Below are positions 39,885-49,275 of a stretch of DNA of 64,000 bases, piece by piece. Numbering within the stretch: the stretch's first letter is position 1; every line of letters starts with the position of its first letter. This DNA comes from a bacterium (GTDB lineage: Bacteria > Electryoneota > Electryoneia > Electryoneales > Electryoneaceae): NCBI GenBank assembly GCA_963669175.1, contig OY769902.1:1504001-1568000 (forward strand), given 5' to 3'. A program made the translations under genes and the position numbers. Below the pieces are notes generated by a model. It made no database searches, was not told where the DNA came from, and saw nothing but the letters and a program-made list of their open reading frames with translations.

Positions 39885-40499
39885 GTGGCCTACAAACCGT
39901 CAAATCGGGCAAAGTCGGGCGAGGAAAGTGTCGAGCCGAATGTAACCCCTATCATGAACTTGATGGTGGTGTTGATCCCGATGTTGCTTCAGGTCGCGGC
40001 TTTCGTTCAGCTGGCTTTGCTCGAATATGCGCCGCCTGCGCTGGATGAAGGCGGCGGTGGTGGTGGTGATGCAGATACCACCCAGCATGAAGAAGATGTG
40101 GATGACCGACCCCTGCTAAACCTTACGGTCAACGTAACTGAAGAGCAGTTTGAAGTATCCATTCGTGGTGCAACTTCCGGTGAAGACTTCCGGGTAATCC
40201 CCGTGATTTCTCCAGGCAACTACAATTTTGATGCCATACATGACACTCTTGTGCATATTCGTCAGGAGGTCATCGGAACACCACTGGATACACTTCGGTC
40301 TGTTGATGAAGAGACAGGTGAAGAAGTTCTCGGCTTTAAGTGGAAATTCAAGGATGGCGACAACCTGAAGATTGCCGCTAAAGCTGACATTCCCTGGCAG
40401 GTTGTAGTCGGTTTGCTCGATGCGGCCCGGAGGTTTGAAGACAAAGATGGCATAAACAAACCGCTTTATGCGCAGCCAATTATGGGGCGTTTCGAATAA
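39885..40499 (+). CDS. ExbD/TolR family protein 1 (AglQ-like)
   Basis: PNVTPIMNLMVVLIPMLL transmembrane segment; IAAKADIPWQVVVGLLDAAR. Confidence 0.85.
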   Translation: MAYKPSNRAKSGEESVEPNVTPIMNLMVVLIPMLLQVAAFVQLALLEYAPPALDEGGGGGGDADTTQHEEDVDDRPLLNLTVNVTEEQFEVSIRGATSGEDFRVIPVISPGNYNFDAIHDTLVHIRQEVIGTPLDTLRSVDEETGEEVLGFKWKFKDGDNLKIAAKADIPWQVVVGLLDAARRFEDKDGINKPLYAQPIMGRFE

Positions 40500-40553
40500 A
40501 GCGTGATGTCAACTTTGTCTGAATGATTCTGGCCGTAAACGAGGAGAAGGTAT

Positions 40554-41114
40554 ATGGCGTTTGCACCGTCAAAACGAAGGCGCCTGAAGCGGAACGATGA
40601 TCCCAAGATGAACCTCAGCTCGATGATGGACATGATGACCATTATTCTGCTGTTCCTCTTGAAATCATATTCTGCGAGCGGTGCGCTGATTAAGCCGGCG
40701 TTGGACATCCAACTGCCGCAGTCGTCGGTCCAAACCGAACCCAAGCGTGCGTTAGCCGTTGTGCTGATAAAGAATTCCAATTTCCTGCAACCGGGGCTCT
40801 ACCTGGACACTGAAGAGATTGGTGACGCAGGAAACGAGAAGCTTCCACCGGCACGTCGCGCTGAAATCGCTAACCAGTTCATGATCGCCCCCATGGCACA
40901 GATCGAGGATGAGAATACTCCGATGATCCAGGGGTTGTACGACAAGATTGTACAACAGCAAGATCAGGACATGGACCTTGGCAAAGAAGTGACCGATGAG
41001 ATGACAATCCAGGCTGCGTCGGATATTCCGTACAACTGGATTTTAAAGATCACGGCAACCGGGTCCGCGGCCAACATAGCGACCTACGACTTTGTTGTCA
41101 TCAAGGAAGAATAG
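40554..41114 (+). CDS. ExbD/TolR family protein 2 (AglS-like)
   Basis: MNLSSMMDMMTIILLFLLKS, IQLPQS, IQAASDIPY. Confidence 0.88.
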   Translation: MAFAPSKRRRLKRNDDPKMNLSSMMDMMTIILLFLLKSYSASGALIKPALDIQLPQSSVQTEPKRALAVVLIKNSNFLQPGLYLDTEEIGDAGNEKLPPARRAEIANQFMIAPMAQIEDENTPMIQGLYDKIVQQQDQDMDLGKEVTDEMTIQAASDIPYNWILKITATGSAANIATYDFVVIKEE

Positions 41115-41123
41115 GAGAATCCC

Positions 41124-42140
41124 ATGGCTCAGCAAGCAGCACCAGCCGTAAAGAAGCAAAGCTTCGTGGGATTCCCCAAGGAGTTTAACCACCATTTCAC
41201 GGATTCGTTTGACGCGATCTATTGGACGACGTTTATCGTGAATTTTGTGGTCTTCTTTGGCTTGTTTGGTTATTTGCAGTCGATTCCGCCCAAACCAATG
41301 TCGGCGGAAGACTTGAAGAAGTACATGCAGGCGATTTACCGTGTGGAACAAACCCCCCCGGTAACTCAGACGCAGAGCGCTACTGAAGCTGCGGGCATGG
41401 AAGAACAGGGTGAAGAGGAAGTTACGCCTGATGCGGACGCCCTTCGCGCTGAGAAAGCGGCTCAAGCCCAGGAACGTATGGCAAAAGTCGCCGCAGCCCG
41501 TCAGGCACGGATGGACGCAGCTCGTAACGCTGCTCAGCAACATGCGATTTTCGCGGCAGCCAGTGGCGCTTCACGTCGAGGCGCTGGTGGAGCGCGTGGT
41601 CATGCTGCACGACGTCTGGAAGGTGGCGGCGCCGGTGGTGTAAGTCTGCAGGGTATGCGTGGTGTGGCGACTTCCGGTCGTCAGATCCAGGCAGTGCAGA
41701 CCGCACGTGCTGGTGGCGCGATTACCGAAGGCGCCGGTGGCGCGGCCGGTGGTGAATTGAGTATCGAAGAGATCGAACGTATTCTCGGTACCTCCACCGT
41801 CGAACTGGATGCTCCGCCGGAAATCACTTCTCCAACAGGTGGCGCAGCGTCACGTAGCGGAGAAGAAATTCGTGCCCAGGTACAGCGTGAGTCCAACGTC
41901 CTGAAGGTTTGTTACAACAACCAGAAGCGTCAGGATCCGCGTCTTACCGGTAAGATTACTGTTGAGTACACGATTCGTCCGGATGGTTCTGTGACAGGCG
42001 TGAACTTCAAGAATCAGCAGTGGTCGAACCCCGGCCTTGGCCGTCGTGTTGAGAGCTGTGTAAGGCAGCGCGTGTCCAGATGGAGATTCCCACCGGCATC
42101 CGGTGATACAAGGGCAAGTTTCTCGTTGAACTTCATCTAG
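41124..42140 (+). CDS. AgmX/PglI (TonB-C-like) C-terminal domain protein, GltG-like
   Basis: N-terminal TM, Ala/Gly-rich linker, RS.EEIR..V......LKVCYN..KRQDPRLTGKITV.YTI.PDGSV....VESCV...V.RWRFP. Confidence 0.85.
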   Translation: MAQQAAPAVKKQSFVGFPKEFNHHFTDSFDAIYWTTFIVNFVVFFGLFGYLQSIPPKPMSAEDLKKYMQAIYRVEQTPPVTQTQSATEAAGMEEQGEEEVTPDADALRAEKAAQAQERMAKVAAARQARMDAARNAAQQHAIFAAASGASRRGAGGARGHAARRLEGGGAGGVSLQGMRGVATSGRQIQAVQTARAGGAITEGAGGAAGGELSIEEIERILGTSTVELDAPPEITSPTGGAASRSGEEIRAQVQRESNVLKVCYNNQKRQDPRLTGKITVEYTIRPDGSVTGVNFKNQQWSNPGLGRRVESCVRQRVSRWRFPPASGDTRASFSLNFI

Positions 42141-42162
42141 GCTTTCATCATTTGAGAGTATC

Positions 42163-42196
42163 AGGCCATGGCGCTGGCGTCATGGCCTTTTTCTTT
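42163..42196 (+). terminator. Rho-independent terminator closing the cluster
   Basis: AGGCCATGGCG-ctgg-CGTCATGGCCT followed by TTTTCTTT. Confidence 0.8.
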
Positions 42197-42242
42197 GTAC
42201 GTTTGCCGACTGTAATCGGTGTTTTACGTTGGAGGAAGTCCT

Positions 42243-44003
42243 GTGTATAGGACACATACATGTGGCCAGTTGAGGGCCGCGAATACAGGTGAATCCGTCG
42301 TTCTGGCGGGGTGGGTAGCGAGACTGCGTGACCTTGGTGGTCTGATATTTGTCGATTTGCGCGATCGATATGGACGTACCCAGGTCGTGTTTGATCCGGC
42401 AGAGGACAGCGAATTGGCTGAAACGGCCAAGCGTTTACGTTCCGAGTGGGTTATCCAGGTGGATGGCGTAGTACGGGAACGTCCGGACAACATGAAGAAC
42501 CGGAAAATGGATACCGGGGAAGTGGAAGTAAGTGCAAAGCGCATTACAACACTTGCGACATGTGAAACTCCTCCCCTCCAGCCGGAAGATGAGTTTAAGC
42601 CCTCTGAGGAGCATCGTCTTCGCTATCGTTTCCTGGATCTTCGCCGTGAAGAAATGCAGCGCATTTTCATCAGCAGGCACCAGTTGTTGCAGGAGACGCG
42701 CAAGTACTTCTCAGACAATGATTTCCTCGAGATAGAGACTCCGTTTCTCACTCGTTCCACTCCTGAAGGTGCGAGGGACTTCATCGTTCCCAGCAGAATG
42801 CACCAGGGACAATGGTACGCGCTTCCTCAGTCGCCGCAAACGTACAAGCAGATCCTGATGACTGCCGGTTTTGACCGGTATTTCCAGATTGTTCGCTGCT
42901 TCCGTGATGAAGATTTTCGGGCCAACCGTCAGCCGGAGTTCACCCAGATTGATGTGGAAATGGCTTTTGTGCACCAGGAAGACATCATGAAGGCTGCCGA
43001 AGGGATGATGAAGGCCCTGTTTGAAAAGGCGCACGAGCAGGAGTTCCCGAAAGTCATTCCACGGATCAGTTACGCGGAAGCCATTCAGCGCTTCGGCAGT
43101 GATAAACCGGATACGCGTTTCGGAAATGAACTCATCGAGTTGACCGGGGAACTGCAGGGACACGGTTTTGGAGTCATCGATAAAATCGCCGCGTCTGGCG
43201 GTGGTGTTGTCGGCTTGCGGGTTCCGGGACGTGGAAAAGCTTCCCGCAAAGACATCAAGGAGCTCGAAGATTACGTGAAGGAGCGTGGCCTTGGTGGTCT
43301 CATGCCGCTCAAGCGTGGTGATGATGGCGCCTGGGGTGGTCCTTTAGGGAAATTTATTCCGGGTGAGCAGCTCGATGTTGTCGCGGCAAAGCTGGGAATG
43401 GAAGAAGGCGACCTCGGTCTGGTCGCAGCAGACGGCACCATGCGCAGGTACGAAGTCATGGGCATGCTCAGGCTGCACCTGGCGAAACGCGAAGGTTGGA
43501 TACCCGAAGGGCGCAACGAGTTTCTTTGGGTCACAGAATTTCCGCTTCTGGAGTGGGATGAAGAAGAGCAACGCTATATCGCATTGCATCATCCTTTCAC
43601 CGCTCCTGATCCGTCAAGTTGGGCGAAATGGAAGGAAGAAGACCCGACAAAGATTCTCAGTCAGGCGTACGACCTCGTCTGGAACGGAGAGGAAGTCGGA
43701 GGCGGGAGTATCAGGAATCATGACCAGGCTATTCAATTAGAACTGTTTAGCTTGCTTGGTTTTGGCCCGGAGGTTGCGCAACAGAGATTCAGTTTCCTGT
43801 TGGAAGCGCTGGAATTTGGGGCGCCGCCTCATGGAGGCATAGCATTCGGATTTGATCGTATGGTTATGTTATTTAATGGAGTAGACTCGATTCGTGACGT
43901 AATCGCGTTCCCCAAGACTACTCAAGCAGTAGCTCTATTTGAGGGTGCGCCTAATGAAGTTGATATCAAACAGTTAGAGGAACTTGGGATAAAAAGATCC
44001 TGA
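42243..44003 (+). CDS. aspS: Aspartate-tRNA ligase
   Basis: YRTHTCG, RDLGGLIFVDLRDRYG, STPEGARDF, LPQSPQ, FRDED.R.NRQPEFTQID, GAPPHGG.AFG.DR; GTG start after GGAGG. Confidence 0.97.
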   Translation: MYRTHTCGQLRAANTGESVVLAGWVARLRDLGGLIFVDLRDRYGRTQVVFDPAEDSELAETAKRLRSEWVIQVDGVVRERPDNMKNRKMDTGEVEVSAKRITTLATCETPPLQPEDEFKPSEEHRLRYRFLDLRREEMQRIFISRHQLLQETRKYFSDNDFLEIETPFLTRSTPEGARDFIVPSRMHQGQWYALPQSPQTYKQILMTAGFDRYFQIVRCFRDEDFRANRQPEFTQIDVEMAFVHQEDIMKAAEGMMKALFEKAHEQEFPKVIPRISYAEAIQRFGSDKPDTRFGNELIELTGELQGHGFGVIDKIAASGGGVVGLRVPGRGKASRKDIKELEDYVKERGLGGLMPLKRGDDGAWGGPLGKFIPGEQLDVVAAKLGMEEGDLGLVAADGTMRRYEVMGMLRLHLAKREGWIPEGRNEFLWVTEFPLLEWDEEEQRYIALHHPFTAPDPSSWAKWKEEDPTKILSQAYDLVWNGEEVGGGSIRNHDQAIQLELFSLLGFGPEVAQQRFSFLLEALEFGAPPHGGIAFGFDRMVMLFNGVDSIRDVIAFPKTTQAVALFEGAPNEVDIKQLEELGIKRS

Positions 44004-44200
44004 CAGGCCATGAAAGATATCCCAAAAGTACGAAACAGCTCTTTTCCTTGTCAGTGCTGATTCTCTTGACTTCTTTCTCAGCCGTTTCGTACTTTTGGTA
44101 CGGTGAAGCTCCCGCTTGATCAGCGGGCTAAATACGCGACAGATAACGTACCCTTTCAGGGTGATTTAAATTGGTAACCTGCCAAACGGCGAGGACAAAC

Positions 44201-44521
44201 ATGTTAAATACGTTGAAGCGTGCAACCGGGGTAGCACTTGTCAGTGCACTCTTCCTGGTGATGGTACTGGGCACCGGCTGCACCAAGATGGCAACCCAGG
44301 AGCAGTTGGACCAGCTTGAAGCGTTGCGTGATGAAGCGCTTGGCGCTGAAGCTGTCCGGGATAGTCTGCGCCGGGAGAAGGCCGATCTGGAAGCTCAGAT
44401 TGCTCAGAAACAGGCTGAACTTCAGGCAGTGCAGCAGGAAAAGGAAAAGGTCGCACAGCGCTTGAAGGAACGTCAGGCAAAACAAGCCGCTGAAATGCAG
44501 ATGGAAGGAGGTGGCAAATGA
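44201..44521 (+). CDS. Small coiled-coil lipoprotein
   Basis: Lipobox LGTGC, then heptad repeats; overlaps the next gene by 4 bp. Confidence 0.8.
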   Translation: MLNTLKRATGVALVSALFLVMVLGTGCTKMATQEQLDQLEALRDEALGAEAVRDSLRREKADLEAQIAQKQAELQAVQQEKEKVAQRLKERQAKQAAEMQMEGGGK

Positions 44522-45363
44522 CACGTCACCTGATCATCCGCGTTGCGATTATTTCGCTTGTACTCCTCGGGTTTGGTCTCCAGCCAGTGTTTGCCCAGCG
44601 GGAGATGGAGTACGAGCAGTGGACCAAGGAAATGGAGCGTTGGCAGGGTCGTTTGGACGCAGCAAACGCTGAGATTTTGAAGCTTCAGGGCGAGATTGAT
44701 TCTCTGAAGGCCGTTCTTGCGGACCTGCAGAGCCAGATTGACGCCACGTGGCAAGAGATTTACGACATGCTCGGCATTACACCGGCTAGCATTGCCGCCT
44801 TTGTGAAGGATCTTGAAGCTCTTGAAAAGGATGTGGCAGCATTCGGTCGCCTGAGTGGTGAAGAGATTTACAAGCGTCGTGATGAACTGGATGTACTTGA
44901 TACGCGTTTGGCCGATATGCGTGGTCGTCCGGAAGCGTTGTTGACTGAGTACATGGTTCGCCTTGATGAAGTTGGCGCCCAGCTTGAGAACATCCGCAGA
45001 AGGATGGCGATGCCGCGAAATTTGACCTACACGGTGGTCCGCGGTGATCACCTGTGGAAAATCGCCGGCATGGAACGTCACTATGGCGATCCCATGAAGT
45101 GGATGCGGATTTATTCGGTGAACACCGACCAGATCAAGAACCCGGATTTGATTTATCCGGACCAGGTCTTCACCGTACCGAAGGATATTGACAACAAGAC
45201 TCAGTACCTGGTCTCCAAGGGTGATTACCTGTACGGCATCGCCGAGACCCTGTACCGTGATCCCTTCAAGTGGCGCAAGATCTACGAAGCAAACCAGGTA
45301 TTGATTTCCGATCCGAACATCATTTATCCGGAAATGATCCTGACGTTGCCGGGTGGAAAATAA
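44518..45363 (+). CDS. Secreted coiled-coil protein with two LysM domains
   Basis: YTVVRGDHLWKIA..YGDP.KW..IY..N...IKNPDLIYPDQ, twice. Confidence 0.9.
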   Translation: MTRHLIIRVAIISLVLLGFGLQPVFAQREMEYEQWTKEMERWQGRLDAANAEILKLQGEIDSLKAVLADLQSQIDATWQEIYDMLGITPASIAAFVKDLEALEKDVAAFGRLSGEEIYKRRDELDVLDTRLADMRGRPEALLTEYMVRLDEVGAQLENIRRRMAMPRNLTYTVVRGDHLWKIAGMERHYGDPMKWMRIYSVNTDQIKNPDLIYPDQVFTVPKDIDNKTQYLVSKGDYLYGIAETLYRDPFKWRKIYEANQVLISDPNIIYPEMILTLPGGK

Positions 45364-45479
45364 GTCGCAGTGCGAAGAGAGTAATACTTCGGTTCAACGA
45401 AGTGTTCGATAGAACGTTCGGGCGGCCCGATCCTTCCTGAGAGAAGGAGCAGGGCCGCTCTTTTGAGTTGATAGGAATC

Positions 45480-46451
45480 GTGCAAACACAGTTCAAAATC
45501 CAGGTGAATCCGTCGCTGTTGCCCAATATGCTTGGCAGCAACGATGCTAACTTGCGTCGGCTGACTGCGGTTATTCGCTCCAGGTTAAGCGTGCGTGGCG
45601 ATGTCGTAACCGTGGAAGGGCCTTCTGAGGAAGAGACAACCATCAGGCAGGTATTCCGTGACCTGTCTGAGATGGCGCGCAAGGGTCCGGTTGATGATAC
45701 CGGGCTGAAGGCTATCCTTGCGCTGGCGGGATTCTCGACCAACGGTACGGCTGCGGATGAAGAGGGCGGCGTTCTGATACTCGAAAGCACACGTTCGAAT
45801 ATCAGGACCAGGAGCCGGAACCAGGAAGAGTACGTTCGGGCGGCGATGAAGTCGGACCTGGTGTTTGCCGTGGGGCCGGCAGGAACCGGGAAGACATACC
45901 TGGCTGTTGCGATTGCAGTGCGGGCTTTCCTGGAACGTGAAGTGGACCGGATCATCCTGGTGCGTCCGGCGGTTGAGGCGGGCGAAAGGCTTGGATTTCT
46001 GCCGGGTGACCTGAAAGAAAAGGTGGACCCTTACTTTCGGCCGATCTACGATGCCCTGATGGAAATGATCCCGGCGAACCGGTTGAAACGCCTGGTTGAT
46101 GAGAACAGGATTGAGATAGCGCCGCTGGCTTATATGCGTGGGCGCACATTGTCCAACGCTTTTGTGATTCTTGATGAAGCACAAAATACGACCGGCGATC
46201 AGTTGAAGATGTTCCTTACCCGCCTGGGTATGGGAACAAAAGCAATTGTAACCGGTGATCTGACCCAGATTGATCTCGTGGAAAAAGAGGCCAGCGGGCT
46301 CAAGGAAGCGCTTTATATTCTCCGTAACATACGGGGAGTAGGTTTCGTAACGCTTGACAGTCGTGATGTTGTGAGGCATGCCCTGGTGCGGGATATTATA
46401 CATGCCTATGATTCAGTTTCACAGCATAAGGATGAAAGCGGTACAACGTGA
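45480..46451 (+). CDS. phoH: PhoH-family ATPase
   Basis: GPAGTGKTYLA, RPAVEAGE.LGFLPGD, APLAYMRGRTL, ILDEAQN, GD.TQIDL. Confidence 0.95.
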   Translation: MQTQFKIQVNPSLLPNMLGSNDANLRRLTAVIRSRLSVRGDVVTVEGPSEEETTIRQVFRDLSEMARKGPVDDTGLKAILALAGFSTNGTAADEEGGVLILESTRSNIRTRSRNQEEYVRAAMKSDLVFAVGPAGTGKTYLAVAIAVRAFLEREVDRIILVRPAVEAGERLGFLPGDLKEKVDPYFRPIYDALMEMIPANRLKRLVDENRIEIAPLAYMRGRTLSNAFVILDEAQNTTGDQLKMFLTRLGMGTKAIVTGDLTQIDLVEKEASGLKEALYILRNIRGVGFVTLDSRDVVRHALVRDIIHAYDSVSQHKDESGTT

Positions 46452-48760
46452 GCGATCAAAAACCTGAAAAATGGTTCCGACGTTATTTGTATCCAGGTCT
46501 GCCACTGCTTTTGCTGGTGGTTTTGACTGTGGGCACGGGACTGCTCTTTCCCCGTAAGCAGGGCGCTTTCCGCTTCTCAGAATACTCGGTTGGTTCTGTC
46601 AGCGACAAGGAAATCATCGCGCCCTTCCAGTTTGAAATCCTGAAAAGTGATGATGAACTGGAGGCTGAATACAAGGCTGTTCGTGAAGGTGTTGCACCGA
46701 TCTATATGCGACGGGACAGCCTTGCTCTGAATCAGCTTCAGGCGTTGGAAGAATTCCTGCGACACGCCAAGGCAGCCAGCGATTCAGTTCGTGTGATGGA
46801 TCAGACTGATCCGGTTGAAGTTGACAGTCTTGTCAAGTTGTTTTGGAAAGAAAGCCGCGCTTTTTACCATGGGCCACTCAGTTATACTTCCTGGATTCAA
46901 TTCCTGCAACGGCTGGGTGAACAGTCTGACGGCAAGCGCTCTGTCAGTGTCGCCTTTTTCTCCAACCTGTTGCGTGGATTATATGAACGTGGCGTGCTGG
47001 ACCAATTGCCGGAGGAAGGGGCTTCACCGGAAGATTTGATTCGTGTTGTTCAGGGTGGGCAGGAATCAGAAGCGCCGATCAGCAATTATCTGCTTGAATC
47101 AGAAGCTCGTCGTGATTTGCCGCAGGTTATCCGGCGTGGTCTGGGCGCACGTCCTCCGGCGCAATTGGATTCACTTTCCAGGTTGGGATATGAAGCGCTG
47201 GCTCCCTTCCTGATTGCGAATGTGTATTACGATGCGGAAGAGACAGTTTCACGCAGGGAAGCGGCCGTAGCCAAGGTGCCTATCGCAAAGGGCATCGTGC
47301 TTCGGGATGAACGAATTATCGATTCAAATGAACGCTTTACCCAGGAGCACATTGATATTCTGCGCTCCATGGAGATCAAGCGGGCTGAACTGGCTGCCGA
47401 GGAAGGTGTGTTTACCAACCTTCTGGCATGGGTAGGGCGATTCCTCTTGCCTGCCCTGATCTTTGGTTTGCTCGGGTATTGGATGAGGCGCTTCAGGCAG
47501 GATGTATTTTTTAAACCAAATGCCCTGTTGCTGGTCAGCTTTATGCTGGCTCTTGAGATTGCTTTCTTCGGGCTGGTGATTTTGCCCATGAAGCTGTCGA
47601 TCTATTTATTCCCGGCCGCTTTAGGTGCAATTATTCTTACCGTAGTGTTTGATACAAGCATTGCATTGTTATTCCTGGTTGCGCTGTCCCTTACAATTGG
47701 CGCGCTTACCGGCAATGATTTCTTTGCCATCTTTACAACTTTCTTCCCTGCTGCGTTGTCCGTGTTTGCTGTAATCCGGGTTCGGACCCGGGTGCAGATC
47801 ATGCGGTCATTCATCCTGATTCTCGGTGGCGCCCTGTTTGTTATCCTGGCGGATCGGATGCTGACATTGCAGATGAACATGGGGATGCTGCAGGAATTTG
47901 CTTATGCAACGATCAATGCTTTTGGGTCGCCATTGCTCGCTTTGGGGATGCTGATCGGCATCGAATATGTTTTCCGGGTTACAACGGAATTGACCCTGCT
48001 GGAATTATCCGATTTGAACCGGCCGTTACTCAAGCGTCTTTCCCTGACAGCGCCGGGGACATATCACCACAGCCTGCTGGTTGGCAGCCTGGCAGAGGCG
48101 GCGGCGGAAGCAATCCAGGCAAACCCGCTGCTGGTACGGGCGGGCGCCTATTATCATGATATCGGGAAAATGGTCCGCCGGGAATACTTTGTGGAAAATC
48201 AGCCGGGTTCCTTCAATATTCATTCAACGCTTGACCCTGAAGAATCTGCAAAGTTCCTGCGTCAACATGTTCTGGATGGGTTGCGAATAGCCGACAAATA
48301 TCACCTTCCGGAAGCGGTAAAAGCGTTTGTCAGGGAACATCATGGCACCAGCCTGATGGTCTATTTCTACAACAAGGCGCTTGAAAAACGAAATGGAAAA
48401 GAGATTGACGAGGCGATGTTCCGCTATCCTGGTCCGAAGCCGCAGTCACGTGAAACCGGAATACTGATGATGGCAGATGCCAGTGAAGCGGCAACTCGAA
48501 GCCTGGATGACCCGACTCCTGAACGGATTGAGGAATCTGTACGGAAGATTATTATTAATAAATATATGGACAAGGAACTCGATGAATGTCCCTTGACATT
48601 GCACGAGATTCACAAAATTATCGAAGCTTTTGTGCCGATTCTGGAAGGTATGCATCATCACAGGATCAAATATCCGACTCGCGAAGAGCTGGAAAGCAGG
48701 CACAAGGAACTGGAAGAACAGAAAGCCCTGTCAAAAAAGACTGAAGAGGTGGATGAATGA
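46448..48760 (+). CDS. 7TM-HD (HDIG) membrane phosphohydrolase, PgpH-like
   Basis: Extracellular domain, multiple TM segments, APGTYHHS, YYHDIGK..YFVENQ, EHHGTS, FRYPGPKPQSRE. Confidence 0.92.
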   Translation: MSDQKPEKWFRRYLYPGLPLLLLVVLTVGTGLLFPRKQGAFRFSEYSVGSVSDKEIIAPFQFEILKSDDELEAEYKAVREGVAPIYMRRDSLALNQLQALEEFLRHAKAASDSVRVMDQTDPVEVDSLVKLFWKESRAFYHGPLSYTSWIQFLQRLGEQSDGKRSVSVAFFSNLLRGLYERGVLDQLPEEGASPEDLIRVVQGGQESEAPISNYLLESEARRDLPQVIRRGLGARPPAQLDSLSRLGYEALAPFLIANVYYDAEETVSRREAAVAKVPIAKGIVLRDERIIDSNERFTQEHIDILRSMEIKRAELAAEEGVFTNLLAWVGRFLLPALIFGLLGYWMRRFRQDVFFKPNALLLVSFMLALEIAFFGLVILPMKLSIYLFPAALGAIILTVVFDTSIALLFLVALSLTIGALTGNDFFAIFTTFFPAALSVFAVIRVRTRVQIMRSFILILGGALFVILADRMLTLQMNMGMLQEFAYATINAFGSPLLALGMLIGIEYVFRVTTELTLLELSDLNRPLLKRLSLTAPGTYHHSLLVGSLAEAAAEAIQANPLLVRAGAYYHDIGKMVRREYFVENQPGSFNIHSTLDPEESAKFLRQHVLDGLRIADKYHLPEAVKAFVREHHGTSLMVYFYNKALEKRNGKEIDEAMFRYPGPKPQSRETGILMMADASEAATRSLDDPTPERIEESVRKIIINKYMDKELDECPLTLHEIHKIIEAFVPILEGMHHHRIKYPTREELESRHKELEEQKALSKKTEEVDE

Positions 48761-49275
48761 ACCTGTGGAATGACAATGGCGGATGGAAAATCCGGGGGAA
48801 AGAGTCTTTACTGAACTGGCTGATGGATGAAGCCAGGCGTGAAGAACACCAGATGAACTTTGATTTCATCCTGGTTGATGATGAGCATATACTGGATCTG
48901 AACCGGCAATACCTGGATCACGATTACATAACGGATGTCATTGCCTTTGATTTGCGTGATGAAGGTGAAGAAGAATCGATAGAATTTCCCCTTTCGGAGC
49001 AGGAAGGGTTTGAAGATAGTGCTGGAGAAGTGTACGTTTGTCTTGATCAGGCGGCGAGGCAGGCAGAAGAGTACCACACGACGGTTGCCGAGGAGGTAGG
49101 ACGTTTGCTGTTGCATGGCTTGCTGCATCTGATGGGCTGGGATGATGGTACAGATGAAGAGCGCTCACAGATGCGTACCCGTGAAGATGCAGGATTAAAA
49201 CGCGCTGCGACGGACACGGGATCACTGCCCTGGGCAGTGATAAAATCAGCCGCCCGTAACGGAGGGAAAGAGTAG
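48757..49275 (+). CDS. ybeY: rRNA maturation endoribonuclease YbeY
   Basis: LN..YL.HDY.TDVIAF, GEVYV, HGLLHLMGWD. Confidence 0.92.
   Translation: MNLWNDNGGWKIRGKESLLNWLMDEARREEHQMNFDFILVDDEHILDLNRQYLDHDYITDVIAFDLRDEGEEESIEFPLSEQEGFEDSAGEVYVCLDQAARQAEEYHTTVAEEVGRLLLHGLLHLMGWDDGTDEERSQMRTREDAGLKRAATDTGSLPWAVIKSAARNGGKE

Noticed and set aside
49110-49150. YbeY third His replaced by Asp (HGLLHLMGWDD)
   Set aside because: This variant is common in Bacteroidota-type YbeY, so it is not novel.
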